Under the pieces are notes generated by a model. The model saw only the letters and a program-made list of their open reading frames with translations. It was not told the DNA's origin and did not search any database. Shown in pieces: positions 51,835 to 61,687 of a DNA stretch of 64,000 bases; the stretch's first letter is position 1; each line of letters starts with the position of its first letter. This DNA is from Candidatus Eiseniibacteriota bacterium. Its GTDB lineage: Bacteria > Eisenbacteria > RBG-16-71-46. The translations under genes were made by a program, and so were the position numbers. Where the stretch lies: assembly GCA_963725865.1 (NCBI GenBank), contig CAVSAC010000010.1:64001-128000 (forward strand), written 5' to 3'.

Positions 51835-52920
51835 ATGGCGCTCCAGGGCAATCTCCGCGACTTCTCGGCCACCGAGATCCTGCAGTTGCTCGGCTCGCAG
51901 AAGAAGACCGGCTGCCTGCTCATGGAATGGAACACCGAGAAGGCGGTCATCTTCGTGCAGGAGGGTCGCCTCGTCTCGACCCGCCGGCCCGGCCTGCTCA
52001 AGGACGATTCGCTGCTCGTGTTCCTGCGCCGCGTGCACCGGCTCTCCGACGAACAGACGCGCGGCATCCTCACGATCCAGCGCGAGTCCGACCGCGACCT
52101 CGAGGACCTGCTGCTCAACGGCCGTTACCTCGAAGCCGACGAATTGGCGGCCTTCGTCGAGCGTCAGATCCTCGACGATCTCATGCGACTGGTGCGCTGG
52201 GAGAACGGCAACTACCGCTTCGATCCCAACCAGCGCTGGACCCAGGCGCCCCTGGTGCGCCTCAACATCGAGGGCGCCCTCATCGAGGCGGCGCGCCGCG
52301 TCGACGAGCAGAAGCGCTTCGTCACCCTGTTCAAGGACCCACACCAGCTGCTCGGGGTCCGCGACCTGCCCGACCCGAACGAGCCGCTCTCCGAGGAGGA
52401 GCGCGAGTTGTTCGGGATCATCGATGGCCAGCACACGATCCTCGCCATCGTGGAGTCGGCGCCGCTCTCCGAATACGAGGCCTACGAGGCGCTCCAGCGC
52501 ATGCTCGAGGCGAACTGGGTGGAGGTGGTCGGCCGGCGCGATCCCGGGCTGCCGTTCGACAACCCCCCGCGACCTGCGGCGCACCCCGCCCATCGGCCCC
52601 GGCAACTGGTGCACGAGGCGGTGATCGCGCTGACCCTGATCGGCTGCCTCGCGGCGCTCAATCTCGGCGCCCGCTGGATGTCGGGGCCCCGCGGGGAGCG
52701 GCCCGAGCGCGACGTGTTCGTGGCGGCCCAGGTCCGCGATCTCCGCTTCGCGCTCGAGCTCTACCACCGCGAGCGCGGCAGCTACCCGGCCCACCTGCAG
52801 GACCTCGTCGAGGATCGCTGGGTGGAGCCGCGCCAGACGCACGTCGAGGGTTATCGCGTCAGCTACCACGTGGAGCGCGACGGCGCCGACTACCGGCTCG
52901 CGGTCGATCCCGACCGCTGA
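51835..52920 (+). CDS. DUF4388/PATAN-like domain protein with winged-helix-like segment, TM and pseudopilin-like C-terminus
   Basis: MALQGNLRDFSATEILQLL...KKTGCL; WENGNYRF; EAARRVDE; LRFALELYHRERGSYP..LQDLV. Confidence 0.8.
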   Translation: MALQGNLRDFSATEILQLLGSQKKTGCLLMEWNTEKAVIFVQEGRLVSTRRPGLLKDDSLLVFLRRVHRLSDEQTRGILTIQRESDRDLEDLLLNGRYLEADELAAFVERQILDDLMRLVRWENGNYRFDPNQRWTQAPLVRLNIEGALIEAARRVDEQKRFVTLFKDPHQLLGVRDLPDPNEPLSEEERELFGIIDGQHTILAIVESAPLSEYEAYEALQRMLEANWVEVVGRRDPGLPFDNPPRPAAHPAHRPRQLVHEAVIALTLIGCLAALNLGARWMSGPRGERPERDVFVAAQVRDLRFALELYHRERGSYPAHLQDLVEDRWVEPRQTHVEGYRVSYHVERDGADYRLAVDPDR

Positions 52921-52971
52921 TCCCACCCGTCGTCCGCGCGACCCGGGGCCGCCGCTCCGGGTCGCCGCGTC

Positions 52972-54072
52972 TCAGGTGTCCACCTCGGTGTGCGCCAGGA
53001 TCCAGTCCACCGCCGACCCCAGGTCGGCGCACACGTGGGCCGGCGCCGGCCACGCCGACGCCACCTCGCGGGCGGCGTCCTCGCGGCCCCCATAGCCGGT
53101 CCCGACCAGCACGCCGCGGCCCCCGGCGCGACGCCCGGTCTCCGCGTCGAGACGCTTGTCACCGACCATGAACGAATGGCTCAGCGACAGCTGCAGGTCC
53201 TCCGCCGCGCGCTCGAGCAGCGCGGTGCCGGGCTTGCGGCAGCTGCACCCGTCCTCCGGCCGGTGCGGACAGAACCAGATCGCGTCGGGCTCCGCGCCTG
53301 CGGCGCGCAGCAGCTCCCGCAGGCGGGCCATCACCGCGTGCACGCGCGCGAGCGGGAACCACCCGCGCCCGACGCCGGACTGGTTCGAGACCACCACGAC
53401 GGCGAGCCCCGCCGTCTGCAGGCGCCGCAACGCGGCCGGCACGCCCGGCAGCAACTCGATGTCGTCGGGATCCGAGAGATAGCCGCGCTCCACGATCAGC
53501 GTGCCGTCGCGATCGACGAACACCCCCGCGCGCGGGGCGCGGGTACGGCGCCGCGCCAGCGCGCGCTCGACGGCGCGCTCCAGCACCTCGACGTCCGGGT
53601 GCGTGACGTCGAGACTCGGCGGCGGGGAGGCCTCCGACCACAGCCCGATGCGCTCGTGCGCCACCCCGCGAGCGTCTTCCCGCAGCGCGGCCGCATCCTC
53701 CTCGGGCACCAGCGCCGAGGCGTGCGCGGCGTCCCATGCCCACCGCGCACCCAGGCCCCAGCGCACCAGCTGCGCCGCCCGCAGATCCAGCACCAGGCAG
53801 GCTGCGTGCACCAGCGTGGCCGCGATCGCGGGCACGAACGGATCGGTCCCGCCCGCCAGCGCGACGTCCGCGCGCCAGCGCCCGAGCACCAGGCCCGCCG
53901 GGACGACGCTCAGCGTCGGCGGGACCAGCCCGGCGCACAGGCGCGCCACGTCGTCGCGCGCGGCCGGGCTGCCGGACCACAGCACCTCGTGTCCGCGCGC
54001 CGCGAGCCCAACGGCGGCGAACGCCATGCGCGAGTCGAGCGCCAACGACGCTCCGTGCACCAGCACCCTCAT
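52972..54072 (-). CDS. gmhB: D,D-heptose 1,7-bisphosphate phosphatase (HAD-IIIA) with ~185-aa N-terminal extension
   Basis: FVDRDGTL, VVSNQSGVGRG, CPH...CSCRKP, MVGDKRLD. Confidence 0.85.
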   Translation of the reverse strand: MRVLVHGASLALDSRMAFAAVGLAARGHEVLWSGSPAARDDVARLCAGLVPPTLSVVPAGLVLGRWRADVALAGGTDPFVPAIAATLVHAACLVLDLRAAQLVRWGLGARWAWDAAHASALVPEEDAAALREDARGVAHERIGLWSEASPPPSLDVTHPDVEVLERAVERALARRRTRAPRAGVFVDRDGTLIVERGYLSDPDDIELLPGVPAALRRLQTAGLAVVVVSNQSGVGRGWFPLARVHAVMARLRELLRAAGAEPDAIWFCPHRPEDGCSCRKPGTALLERAAEDLQLSLSHSFMVGDKRLDAETGRRAGGRGVLVGTGYGGREDAAREVASAWPAPAHVCADLGSAVDWILAHTEVDT

Positions 54073-55073
54073 GCGGCGCTCCCCGCGGCGCCCAGTTCCG
54101 CCATCGCCACCAGCACGTCCCGGACCTCCACCGCCGCGAGGCAGCGGTACCCGATGCGACACGTGCGCTGGAAGCACGGCGCGCAGACCGGCGGCCGCTG
54201 CACGATCCGTACTCGCGGTCCCAGCGGCGCGGTCCACGCGCTCGACGTGGACCCGAACACCGCCACGGTCGGCGCCCCGCTCGCCGCCGCGAGGTGCGCG
54301 AGCCCGGAGTCATTGCTCACGACCACCACCGCCAACGCCGCCAGCGCCGCCAGCGTGGGCAGGTCGGTCGCGCCCGCGAGCGAGGCCGCCGCCGGCCCGA
54401 TCGCCCCCGCCACCGACTCGCAGCACGCCCGCTCCGCGGCGGTGCCGCACACGAGCACCGCGAGCCCGCGCTCGGCCAGCGTGCGCCCGAGCGCCGTGAA
54501 GCGCTCGGCGCTCCAGCGCTTCGCCGGACCGTAGAGCGCGCCGGGCCCGAGCAGCGCGTGCGCGGTCCGGGTGGCGGCCGGCGAACGGGCGAGCACCTCA
54601 CGCGCCCGTGCGAGCGCGGGCGGGTCGGGGATCCATTCGGCGATCGCCGCCGTCCGCGCGCCCACGGACTCCCCGAGCGCCAGGTACTCGTCCGCCAGGT
54701 GACGGTCGCCGCGCTCGGCGCGCCGCGGGGTCTCGGTCAGCAGCGGCGTGCGCCCCTCGCCGGGGTAGCCGATCCGCACCCGCGCGCCCGTCCGCCACGC
54801 GAACCACGCGCTCGAGAACGAGGGCGGCAGCACCAGCGCGACGTCGGGTCGTTCCGCTCGCAGGCGCGCCAGCGCGCCGGGCGGGAGCGGCCAGCCGAGC
54901 GGCTGGTCGACCGTGCCGTCGCGCGCGATCAGTTCGAGCAGCGCCGGTGGACCGACGGCGGTGACGGCCACCTGCGGCCGGAGCGCGCGCAGTGCGAACA
55001 ACAGCGGGCGCGCCATCAGCACGTCGCCGAGGTGATTCGGCAGGCGGACCAGGATGCGGGTGGGTGCCGTCAT
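54069..55073 (-). CDS. waaF: LPS heptosyltransferase II (GT9)
   Basis: ILVRLPNHLGDVLMA, PPSFSSA, PGALYGPAKRW, SNDSGLAHLAAA. Confidence 0.88.
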   Translation of the reverse strand: MTAPTRILVRLPNHLGDVLMARPLLFALRALRPQVAVTAVGPPALLELIARDGTVDQPLGWPLPPGALARLRAERPDVALVLPPSFSSAWFAWRTGARVRIGYPGEGRTPLLTETPRRAERGDRHLADEYLALGESVGARTAAIAEWIPDPPALARAREVLARSPAATRTAHALLGPGALYGPAKRWSAERFTALGRTLAERGLAVLVCGTAAERACCESVAGAIGPAAASLAGATDLPTLAALAALAVVVVSNDSGLAHLAAASGAPTVAVFGSTSSAWTAPLGPRVRIVQRPPVCAPCFQRTCRIGYRCLAAVEVRDVLVAMAELGAAGSAA

Positions 55074-55083
55074 CCCATCCCGC

Positions 55084-56526
55084 TCAGTAGGCGCGTGCGA
55101 AGAGCGCCACCCGCGCGCCGCCCGCGCTGCCCGCAAAGCGCGACTGGTCGAGCGGGATGCAGCGCAGCGTCGCGCCGGTGGTCTCCTTGATGGTCGCCTC
55201 GAGATTCGCGTCGTCCTGCCACGGCACCGCGACGAAGCCGCGCTTCTCGGCGAAGTGGGCCTGGACGTCGGCCAGGCTCGCGCAGGGCGTCGTGTTCGCG
55301 TCGCGAAACGCCCTCGCGCCCTCGAACAGGGCGCGCTGGATGTCCTCGAGCAGGGCCGGCACCCGCTCGGCGAGCTGGGCGAGCGGCACGCTCTCCTTGG
55401 CGCGATCGTCGCGCCGCACCGTCATCACCGCGGTGTTCGCGACGTCCTTCGGGCCCACCTCGAGCCGCAGCGGCACCCCACGCATCTCGTGCTCGTTGTA
55501 CTTCCAGCCCGGCGTGTACTGGTCGCGGTCGTCGACGTACAGCCGCACGCGAGGCTTGAGCACCTCGCGCACCTTCGCCACGAACTCCAGCACCGCGGCG
55601 CGATCCTGGTCCTTGCGCCAGATCGGCACCACCACCGCCTGCACCGGCGCCACGTGCGGCGGCAGCCGCAGGCCGGCGTCGTCGCCGTGGGTCATGATGA
55701 CGCCGCCGATCAGGCGGGTGGACACGCCCCACGAGGTCTGCCACACGTGCTGGCGCTTGCCCGCCTGATCCTGGTACGTGATGTCGAAGACCTTCGCGAA
55801 GTGCTGGCCGAGGTCGTGCGAGGTGCCGGCCTGCAGCGCCTTGCCGTCGCGCATCAGGGCCTCGATCGAGTAGGTCATCTCGGCGCCCGCGAAGCGCTCG
55901 GATTCGCTCTTCGGGCCGGCGTACACCGGCATCGCCAGGTCGGTTTCCACGAACTCGCGGTAGACCTCGAGCATGCGCAGCACCTCCTCGAGCGCCTCCG
56001 ACTGGCTGGCGTGCGCGGTGTGCCCCTCCTGCCACAGGAACTCCGAGGTGCGCAGGAACAGGCGCGTGACCTTCTCCCAGCGCATGATGTTGCACCACTG
56101 GTTCAGGAGCACCGGCAGGTCGCGGTACGACTCGATCCAGCGCGAGTACATGTGGCAGATGATCGCCTCGCTGGTCGGCCGGATCGCGTAGCGCTCCTCG
56201 AGTTCCTCGCGGCCGCCGTGGGTCACCCACGCGCACTCCGGTGCGAAGCCCTCGACGTGATCCGCCTCCTTCTGCAGCAGCGATTCCGGGATCAGCAGCG
56301 GGAAGTACGCGTTCTGGTGGCCGGTCGCCTTGATGCGCTCGTCCAGCAGGCGCTGGATGTGCTCCCAGATCGCGAACCCGTACGGCCGGATCACCATCGC
56401 CCCGCGCACCGGCGAGTAGTCCGCGAGCTGCGCCTTGCGCACGACCTCGTTGTACCAGCGCGAGAAATCGTCGGACTGGTCGGTCAGGTCCTCGACGAAG
56501 CGGCTCTGGTCCTGGTCTTCGGTCAC
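55084..56526 (-). CDS. proS: proline--tRNA ligase, archaeal/eukaryote-like type
   Basis: FSRWYNEV, KEADHVEGFAPE, RPTSE, QAGTSHDLGQHFA, TSWGVSTR, C-terminal FARAY. Confidence 0.96.
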   Translation of the reverse strand: MTEDQDQSRFVEDLTDQSDDFSRWYNEVVRKAQLADYSPVRGAMVIRPYGFAIWEHIQRLLDERIKATGHQNAYFPLLIPESLLQKEADHVEGFAPECAWVTHGGREELEERYAIRPTSEAIICHMYSRWIESYRDLPVLLNQWCNIMRWEKVTRLFLRTSEFLWQEGHTAHASQSEALEEVLRMLEVYREFVETDLAMPVYAGPKSESERFAGAEMTYSIEALMRDGKALQAGTSHDLGQHFAKVFDITYQDQAGKRQHVWQTSWGVSTRLIGGVIMTHGDDAGLRLPPHVAPVQAVVVPIWRKDQDRAAVLEFVAKVREVLKPRVRLYVDDRDQYTPGWKYNEHEMRGVPLRLEVGPKDVANTAVMTVRRDDRAKESVPLAQLAERVPALLEDIQRALFEGARAFRDANTTPCASLADVQAHFAEKRGFVAVPWQDDANLEATIKETTGATLRCIPLDQSRFAGSAGGARVALFARAY

Positions 56527-56603
56527 GCGTGGATCTCCATCGGCCGGGCTGCCCGGCGGGAAGGTGGGTGCCCGCGCGGCGCGCGGGGGTTCGGGAGCGG
56601 CGC

Positions 56604-56633
56604 AGTATAGGAGGTGCCCGCGAGCAGGGACAA
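56604..56633 (-). promoter_or_regulatory. sigma70-type promoter of proS
   Basis: TTGTCC-N18-TATACT on the minus strand. Confidence 0.55.
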
Positions 56634-56644
56634 GCCGCGGCCCG

Positions 56645-57685
56645 TCAGATCAGCGCTTGCAGCGCCTCGAGCACCGTGACCGGCTTCAGTTCGTTCATGC
56701 AGCGGAAATGCCCCTGCGGGCACGCCGCCCGCCCGTGGAGCGTGCAGGGCTGGCAGGGCTCGTTGCGGCACAGCACGGCGTGGCCGGCGCCCGCCGGCGC
56801 GAAGCCCAGCACCGGCGAGGTGCTCCCGAACAACGCCACCACGCGGAGCCCGCGCGCGGCGGCGAGGTGCATGAGCCCGCTGTCGTTCGACACCGCCGCG
56901 GCGCAGCCCGACAGCAGCGCTGCCATCCGCGGCAGCGGCTCCGTGCACCAGCGCGCGTCCGGCGCCGCCGCGACCCGCGCGGCGAGCGCCGGGAGCGCCC
57001 GTCGTTCCGCCTCCAGCGACAGGACCACGCGCGGGCGCCCCGTCGCCGCCAGCGCCTCGTCGAGCGCGAGCCAGTGCGCCTCGGGCCAGCGTTTGGTGAA
57101 GTGCCGCGCTCCCGGGCACAGCGCCACCGGCGCGCGCCCCTGGGGCAGGCCGCCGAGCCATTCCGCCGCCCAGCGCTCCGCGCCGGCGTCGGTGTGGACG
57201 CGCGGCTCCCCCGCGACGGCGATCCCGAGCGGGGCGAGTGCGGCGGCGTAGCGCTGGATCGCGCTCGGTACCGCGGGCGGGCGGCTCCAGCGCGCGTGCA
57301 CCCAGCGCGCGCGCCTCACGCGGAACGACGGCGCGCGCAGCACCGGGGCGCGCTGTCGGAACGTGAGGAGCCGCGTGCGGCTGTTGCCGTGGAGGTCCAC
57401 GATCAGGTCGCAGTCCTCGAGTTCGGCGCTCATCGAGACGAGGTCCTCGATCCGCCGCGCGTCGCGCTCGAGCACGCGGACGTGGGCGATCGCCGGGTCG
57501 TAGCGGACCAGGTCGGCGAACTCCTCCTTGATCCAGTAGTGGACGCGAGCGCCCGGGAACGCGGCGTGGAGCGCCGCGACCGCCGGCAGGCTGAGCACGA
57601 CGTCGCCGAGCGAGGAGAGCCGCAACACGGCGATCTCGCGGAAGCCGCCGGCGGGCACCGGGACGGGACGCGGGCGGCGCGCCAT
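56645..57685 (-). CDS. glycosyltransferase family 9 (heptosyltransferase-like)
   Basis: LRLSSLGDVVL, VDLHGNSRT, PGARHFTKRWP, SNDSGLMHLAAA. Confidence 0.9.
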   Translation of the reverse strand: MARRPRPVPVPAGGFREIAVLRLSSLGDVVLSLPAVAALHAAFPGARVHYWIKEEFADLVRYDPAIAHVRVLERDARRIEDLVSMSAELEDCDLIVDLHGNSRTRLLTFRQRAPVLRAPSFRVRRARWVHARWSRPPAVPSAIQRYAAALAPLGIAVAGEPRVHTDAGAERWAAEWLGGLPQGRAPVALCPGARHFTKRWPEAHWLALDEALAATGRPRVVLSLEAERRALPALAARVAAAPDARWCTEPLPRMAALLSGCAAAVSNDSGLMHLAAARGLRVVALFGSTSPVLGFAPAGAGHAVLCRNEPCQPCTLHGRAACPQGHFRCMNELKPVTVLEALQALI

Positions 57686-57686
57686 C

Positions 57687-59534
57687 TCAGCCCGCGAACT
57701 GGAGCTCGTGGAGCCGGCGATACACCCCGTCCTGCGCCAGCAGCTCCTGGTGCGTGCCGGCGGCCACCACGCGCCCGTGGTCGAGCACCACGATGCGGTC
57801 GGCGTGCTGCACGGTCGAGAGCCGGTGCGCGATGACCAGCACGGTGCGGTCGCGCATCAGGCGCTCGAGGGCGTCCTGGACCAGCCGCTCGCTCTCGGTG
57901 TCGAGCGCCGAGGTCGCCTCGTCCAGCAGCAGGATCGCCGGGTTGCGCAGCAGCGCGCGCGCGATCGCGACGCGCTGGCGCTCGCCGCCCGACAGGCGCG
58001 TTCCGCGCTCGCCGATCACGGTGTCGTAGCCGTTCGGAAGCCGCTCGATGAACGCCGCCGCGTTGGCCGTCTGCGCGGCCGCGCGCACCGCCTCGTCGCT
58101 CGCCCCCGGCACGCCGTAGGCGATGTTGGCGCGCACCGTGTCGTGGAACAGCAGCGTCTCCTGGGTGACGATCCCGAGCTGGGCGCGGAGTGAGGAGATC
58201 CTGACGTCGCGCACGTCGACGCCGTCGACGGTGACCCGGCCGGCGTCCGGATCGTAGAAGCGCGCCAGCAGGTCCATCGTGGTGCTCTTCCCGGCGCCGC
58301 TGGAGCCCACCATCGCCACCACCTCGCCGCGCGCGACGCTGAAGCTCACCCCGTGCAGCACGGTGTCGCCGGTGTCGTAGCGGAACGACACGTCCTCGTA
58401 GCACACGCGGTCATGGAAGGCGGGCAGCTCGCGCGCATCCGGGCGGTCGGCGACGGTCGGCGGGGTGTCCAGCAACTCGAACACGCGCCGCGCCGCGGCG
58501 ATGCCCTGCTGGACGTTCGTGTTCACGTCCGCGAGTCCCTTCACCGGCGAGATCGTCGACAGCAGCGCCGTCACGAACAGCACGAACGTGTGCGGCTGCA
58601 GCGAATGGCTGACGAAGATCTCGCGGCCCCCCAGCCACAGCATCGCGACCGCCACGAGCACCATCGTGTACTCGCTGACCGGCTTGGCGGCCGCCGACAT
58701 GCGGCGCAGTCGCACGAACGCGCGGAAGTACCCGGCGTTGGTCTTCGCGAACCGCTCGCGCTCGCGACCCTCGGCGCCGAATGCCTTCACCACGCGCGCG
58801 CCGTACAGCGTCTCCTGCAGCTGGCTCGTGAGGTCCGCCATCCGCTCCTGCGCCTGCCCCGAGCGGCGGCGCATGACGCGCCCCACCACCACCACCGCGA
58901 GCATCGCCGGCGGGAGGATCAGCGCCGACAGCAGCGCCAGCCGCCACGAGGCGTAGAACACCAGCGCCAGGCTGCCGGCGAGCTGCAGGCCATCCTTCAC
59001 GAGGTCGCTCACGCTCGAGGCGAGCAGCGCGCGCAGGTATTCCACGTCGTTGGTCACGCGCGAGACCAGCATGCCGGTGCGCGCGCCGTGGAAGTAGCCG
59101 AGCGAGAGGCGCTGCAGGTGCGCGTACAGCGCGTCGCGGATGTCGCGGATGACCGACTGCTCCACCGACACCATCAGGTAGCCCTGCAGATAGTCGGCGA
59201 GGTTCTTGAGCAGCATGACGAGCACGATGAACAGGCACACCCGCTCGAGCGCCACCAGCGGGCGCACCTCGAGCAGCTCGTGGGCCACGCGCTCGCGCAG
59301 CCCGCCCGGCAGCGCGCGCAGCACGCCGAGATCCTGCGCGGGTGCTCCCGCCGCGGTCACCGCCCGCGAACCGCCCCCCATCGCGCCGCGCTCGAACAGC
59401 ACCTGCATGAACGGCGACACCGCCCCGATCGACAGCGCCGAGGTGATGCCGAACACCAGCATGCAGGCGAACGCCAGCGCCACCCGCGCGCGGTACGGCG
59501 CCAGGTAGCCGAGCAGCCGCAGGTAGGTCTTCAT
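57687..59534 (-). CDS. msbA: lipid A export ABC transporter (MsbA-like)
   Basis: 6-TM domain plus GSSGAGKST, LSGGERQR, DEATSALD; lies among LPS genes. Confidence 0.85.
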   Translation of the reverse strand: MKTYLRLLGYLAPYRARVALAFACMLVFGITSALSIGAVSPFMQVLFERGAMGGGSRAVTAAGAPAQDLGVLRALPGGLRERVAHELLEVRPLVALERVCLFIVLVMLLKNLADYLQGYLMVSVEQSVIRDIRDALYAHLQRLSLGYFHGARTGMLVSRVTNDVEYLRALLASSVSDLVKDGLQLAGSLALVFYASWRLALLSALILPPAMLAVVVVGRVMRRRSGQAQERMADLTSQLQETLYGARVVKAFGAEGRERERFAKTNAGYFRAFVRLRRMSAAAKPVSEYTMVLVAVAMLWLGGREIFVSHSLQPHTFVLFVTALLSTISPVKGLADVNTNVQQGIAAARRVFELLDTPPTVADRPDARELPAFHDRVCYEDVSFRYDTGDTVLHGVSFSVARGEVVAMVGSSGAGKSTTMDLLARFYDPDAGRVTVDGVDVRDVRISSLRAQLGIVTQETLLFHDTVRANIAYGVPGASDEAVRAAAQTANAAAFIERLPNGYDTVIGERGTRLSGGERQRVAIARALLRNPAILLLDEATSALDTESERLVQDALERLMRDRTVLVIAHRLSTVQHADRIVVLDHGRVVAAGTHQELLAQDGVYRRLHELQFAG

Positions 59535-59582
59535 GGGCGGGCGGCCGAGTCGCGACGCCGGGCGGTCACGTGGAACCCCACG

Positions 59583-60011
59583 TCATGCGCCCGGCGTTCC
59601 GCCGGCTGGCCGGCGGGCCCCCGGCGCGAGCGGGCCCTCGAGCGCCGCGATCAGCCCCGGCAGCCCCTCGAAGTCCGACATCGTGTCCTCCGGTCGCGCG
59701 CTGAGCTGTCCGGCCGCGACCAGGTCGAACACGATCCGGCCCACGTCCTCGCCGCCGGTCACGCGCCATTCGCGGAACACCGTGCCCGCGAGCGCGCCGA
59801 ACTCCTGCCGCGCCAGTGCCACCACCGCCGCCAGCAGCTCCGCGCCCGACAGGTGGCGGCGCTCCGGGTCCTCGCGCCGCTCCTCGGGCAGGCCCGCCAC
59901 CGCCGCCCCCAGCGCCTGCACCACGAACACGTACGCTTCGCGCCGATACGGGCTGCCCGCCTCGCACAGGCGTTCGACGGCGTCCAGGAACGAATGATCG
60001 GCGGGACTCAT
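59583..60011 (-). CDS. Minf_1886-like uncharacterised protein
   Basis: YRREAYVFV, RHLSGAELL, FGALAGTVFREW, DVGRIVFDLV, DF; GGAGG RBS. Confidence 0.8.
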   Translation of the reverse strand: MSPADHSFLDAVERLCEAGSPYRREAYVFVVQALGAAVAGLPEERREDPERRHLSGAELLAAVVALARQEFGALAGTVFREWRVTGGEDVGRIVFDLVAAGQLSARPEDTMSDFEGLPGLIAALEGPLAPGARRPAGGTPGA

Positions 60012-60036
60012 GCGCGTGGTGTCCTCCGGGCCACCG

Positions 60037-60066
60037 ACTATAGGGTGCTGCGCGCGCGGCCGGCAA
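60037..60066 (-). promoter_or_regulatory. candidate internal sigma70 promoter overlapping the nadB stop
   Basis: TTGCCG-N18-TATAGT on the minus strand. Confidence 0.45.
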
Positions 60067-61687
60067 GGGCGCGGCGCGCCGCCGGCGCCGCCGGGGTCGG
60101 CCTCAGCACCGTCGCACGCCCGTCGCGCGCGCGCACCCGGCGCGGGTGGTCGAGGTTGAAGTGGAGCCCGCGGCTCTCCCGCCGGCGCTGCGCCGCGCGC
60201 ACGATCAGGCTGCCCACCAGCGCGATGTTGCGCAGCTCCACCAGGTCGGGCGTCAGCCGCAGCGCGCGGTAGTCCTCCTCGATCTCCTCGCGCAGGACTC
60301 CCAGGCGCCGGTCCGCGAAGTGCAGGCGCTGATCGGTGCGCACGATCCCGACCAGGTCCCACATCACGCGGCGCACCGAGTCCCAGTCGTGCTCGAACAC
60401 CACGGTCTCGACCGCCGGCCGGGTGCCGACTGCCGACCACTCCGACGGCCGCGGCAGCCGCCGCGCGACGCGCAGCCGGCGACGCACCTCGTCGCGCGCG
60501 TGATGGGCGCCGACCAGCGCCTCGAGCAGCGAGTTGCTCGCGAGCCGGTTGGCGCCGTGCAGCCCCGTGCACGCGGTCTCCCCGATCGCCAGCAGGCCGC
60601 GCACGGCGGTGCGCCCGGACAGCGTGGCCACCACCCCGCCGCACATGTAGTGCGCGGCGGGCACCACCGGGATGGGCTCGCGCGTCAGGTCGAGTCCGTA
60701 GCCGCGCAGCGCCGCGTCGATGTTCGGGAATCGCGCGCGGATGCGCGAGGCGCGCTCGCGGGTGATGTCGAGGTAGACGTGGGGATCGCCGCGCCGCTTC
60801 AGCTCGCGGTCGATCGCGCGCGCCACCACGTCGCGTGGCGCCAGCTCCGCGAGCCGGTGGTAGCGCGGCATGAAGCGCTCGCCCCCGATCGTGCACAGCA
60901 CCGCGCCCTCGCCGCGCAGCGCCTCGCTCAGCAGGAACGACTTCGCGCGCGGATGGTAGAGGCAGGTGGGATGGAACTGCACGAACTCCAGGTTCGCGAC
61001 CGGGAGGCCGGCGCGGTACGCCATCGCGATGCCGTCGCCGGTCGCGACGTCGGGGTTCGTGGTGTAGAGGTACACCTTCCCGCACCCGCCGGTCGCCAGC
61101 ACGGTGACCCGCGCGCTGGTCGCCTCGATGCGGCCGCTGGCGCGATCCATCACGTACGCGCCCCAGCAGGCGTCGCGCCCGTTCGCGGTGCGACGGCCGC
61201 GCAGCCGTGACTCGAGGATCAGGTCGACGCCGAACTGACCCTCGACCAGCGTGATGCGCGGATGCGCGCGCGCGCGTTCGATCAGCACCCGCTCGATCGC
61301 CTGCCCCGTGAAATCGCTGGCGTGGACGATGCGCCGGTGCGAATGACCGCCCTCGCGGCCGAGCGCGAAGCCGCGCGCGGCGCGGTTGAACGGCACCCCC
61401 ATCGCGGCGAGGGCCCGCACGCGCTCGGGCGCCTCGCGCACCACCTGCCGCACCACGTCCGGATCCGAGAGCCCGGAGCCACAGGTGAGGGTGTCGCGCT
61501 CGTGGTCGCGGAAGGAGTCCTCGTGGCCGAACACCGCCGCGATGCCGCCCTGCGCCCAGTTGGTGCTGGAATCCTCCGCCGCCTGCTTCGTGAGCACCAG
61601 CACCTGCCCGTACTCGGCGGCCTCGAGCGCGAGCGACAGTCCCGCGATGCCACTGCCCAGGATGAGGACGTCGGTCTCCCGCATCAT
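60038..61687 (-). CDS. nadB: L-aspartate oxidase
   Basis: GSGIAG, WAQGGIAA, REGGHSHRRIVH, QFHPT, SEALRGEG, HYMCGG, HGANRLASNSLLE. Confidence 0.96.
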   Translation of the reverse strand: MMRETDVLILGSGIAGLSLALEAAEYGQVLVLTKQAAEDSSTNWAQGGIAAVFGHEDSFRDHERDTLTCGSGLSDPDVVRQVVREAPERVRALAAMGVPFNRAARGFALGREGGHSHRRIVHASDFTGQAIERVLIERARAHPRITLVEGQFGVDLILESRLRGRRTANGRDACWGAYVMDRASGRIEATSARVTVLATGGCGKVYLYTTNPDVATGDGIAMAYRAGLPVANLEFVQFHPTCLYHPRAKSFLLSEALRGEGAVLCTIGGERFMPRYHRLAELAPRDVVARAIDRELKRRGDPHVYLDITRERASRIRARFPNIDAALRGYGLDLTREPIPVVPAAHYMCGGVVATLSGRTAVRGLLAIGETACTGLHGANRLASNSLLEALVGAHHARDEVRRRLRVARRLPRPSEWSAVGTRPAVETVVFEHDWDSVRRVMWDLVGIVRTDQRLHFADRRLGVLREEIEEDYRALRLTPDLVELRNIALVGSLIVRAAQRRRESRGLHFNLDHPRRVRARDGRATVLRPTPAAPAARRALAGRARSTL

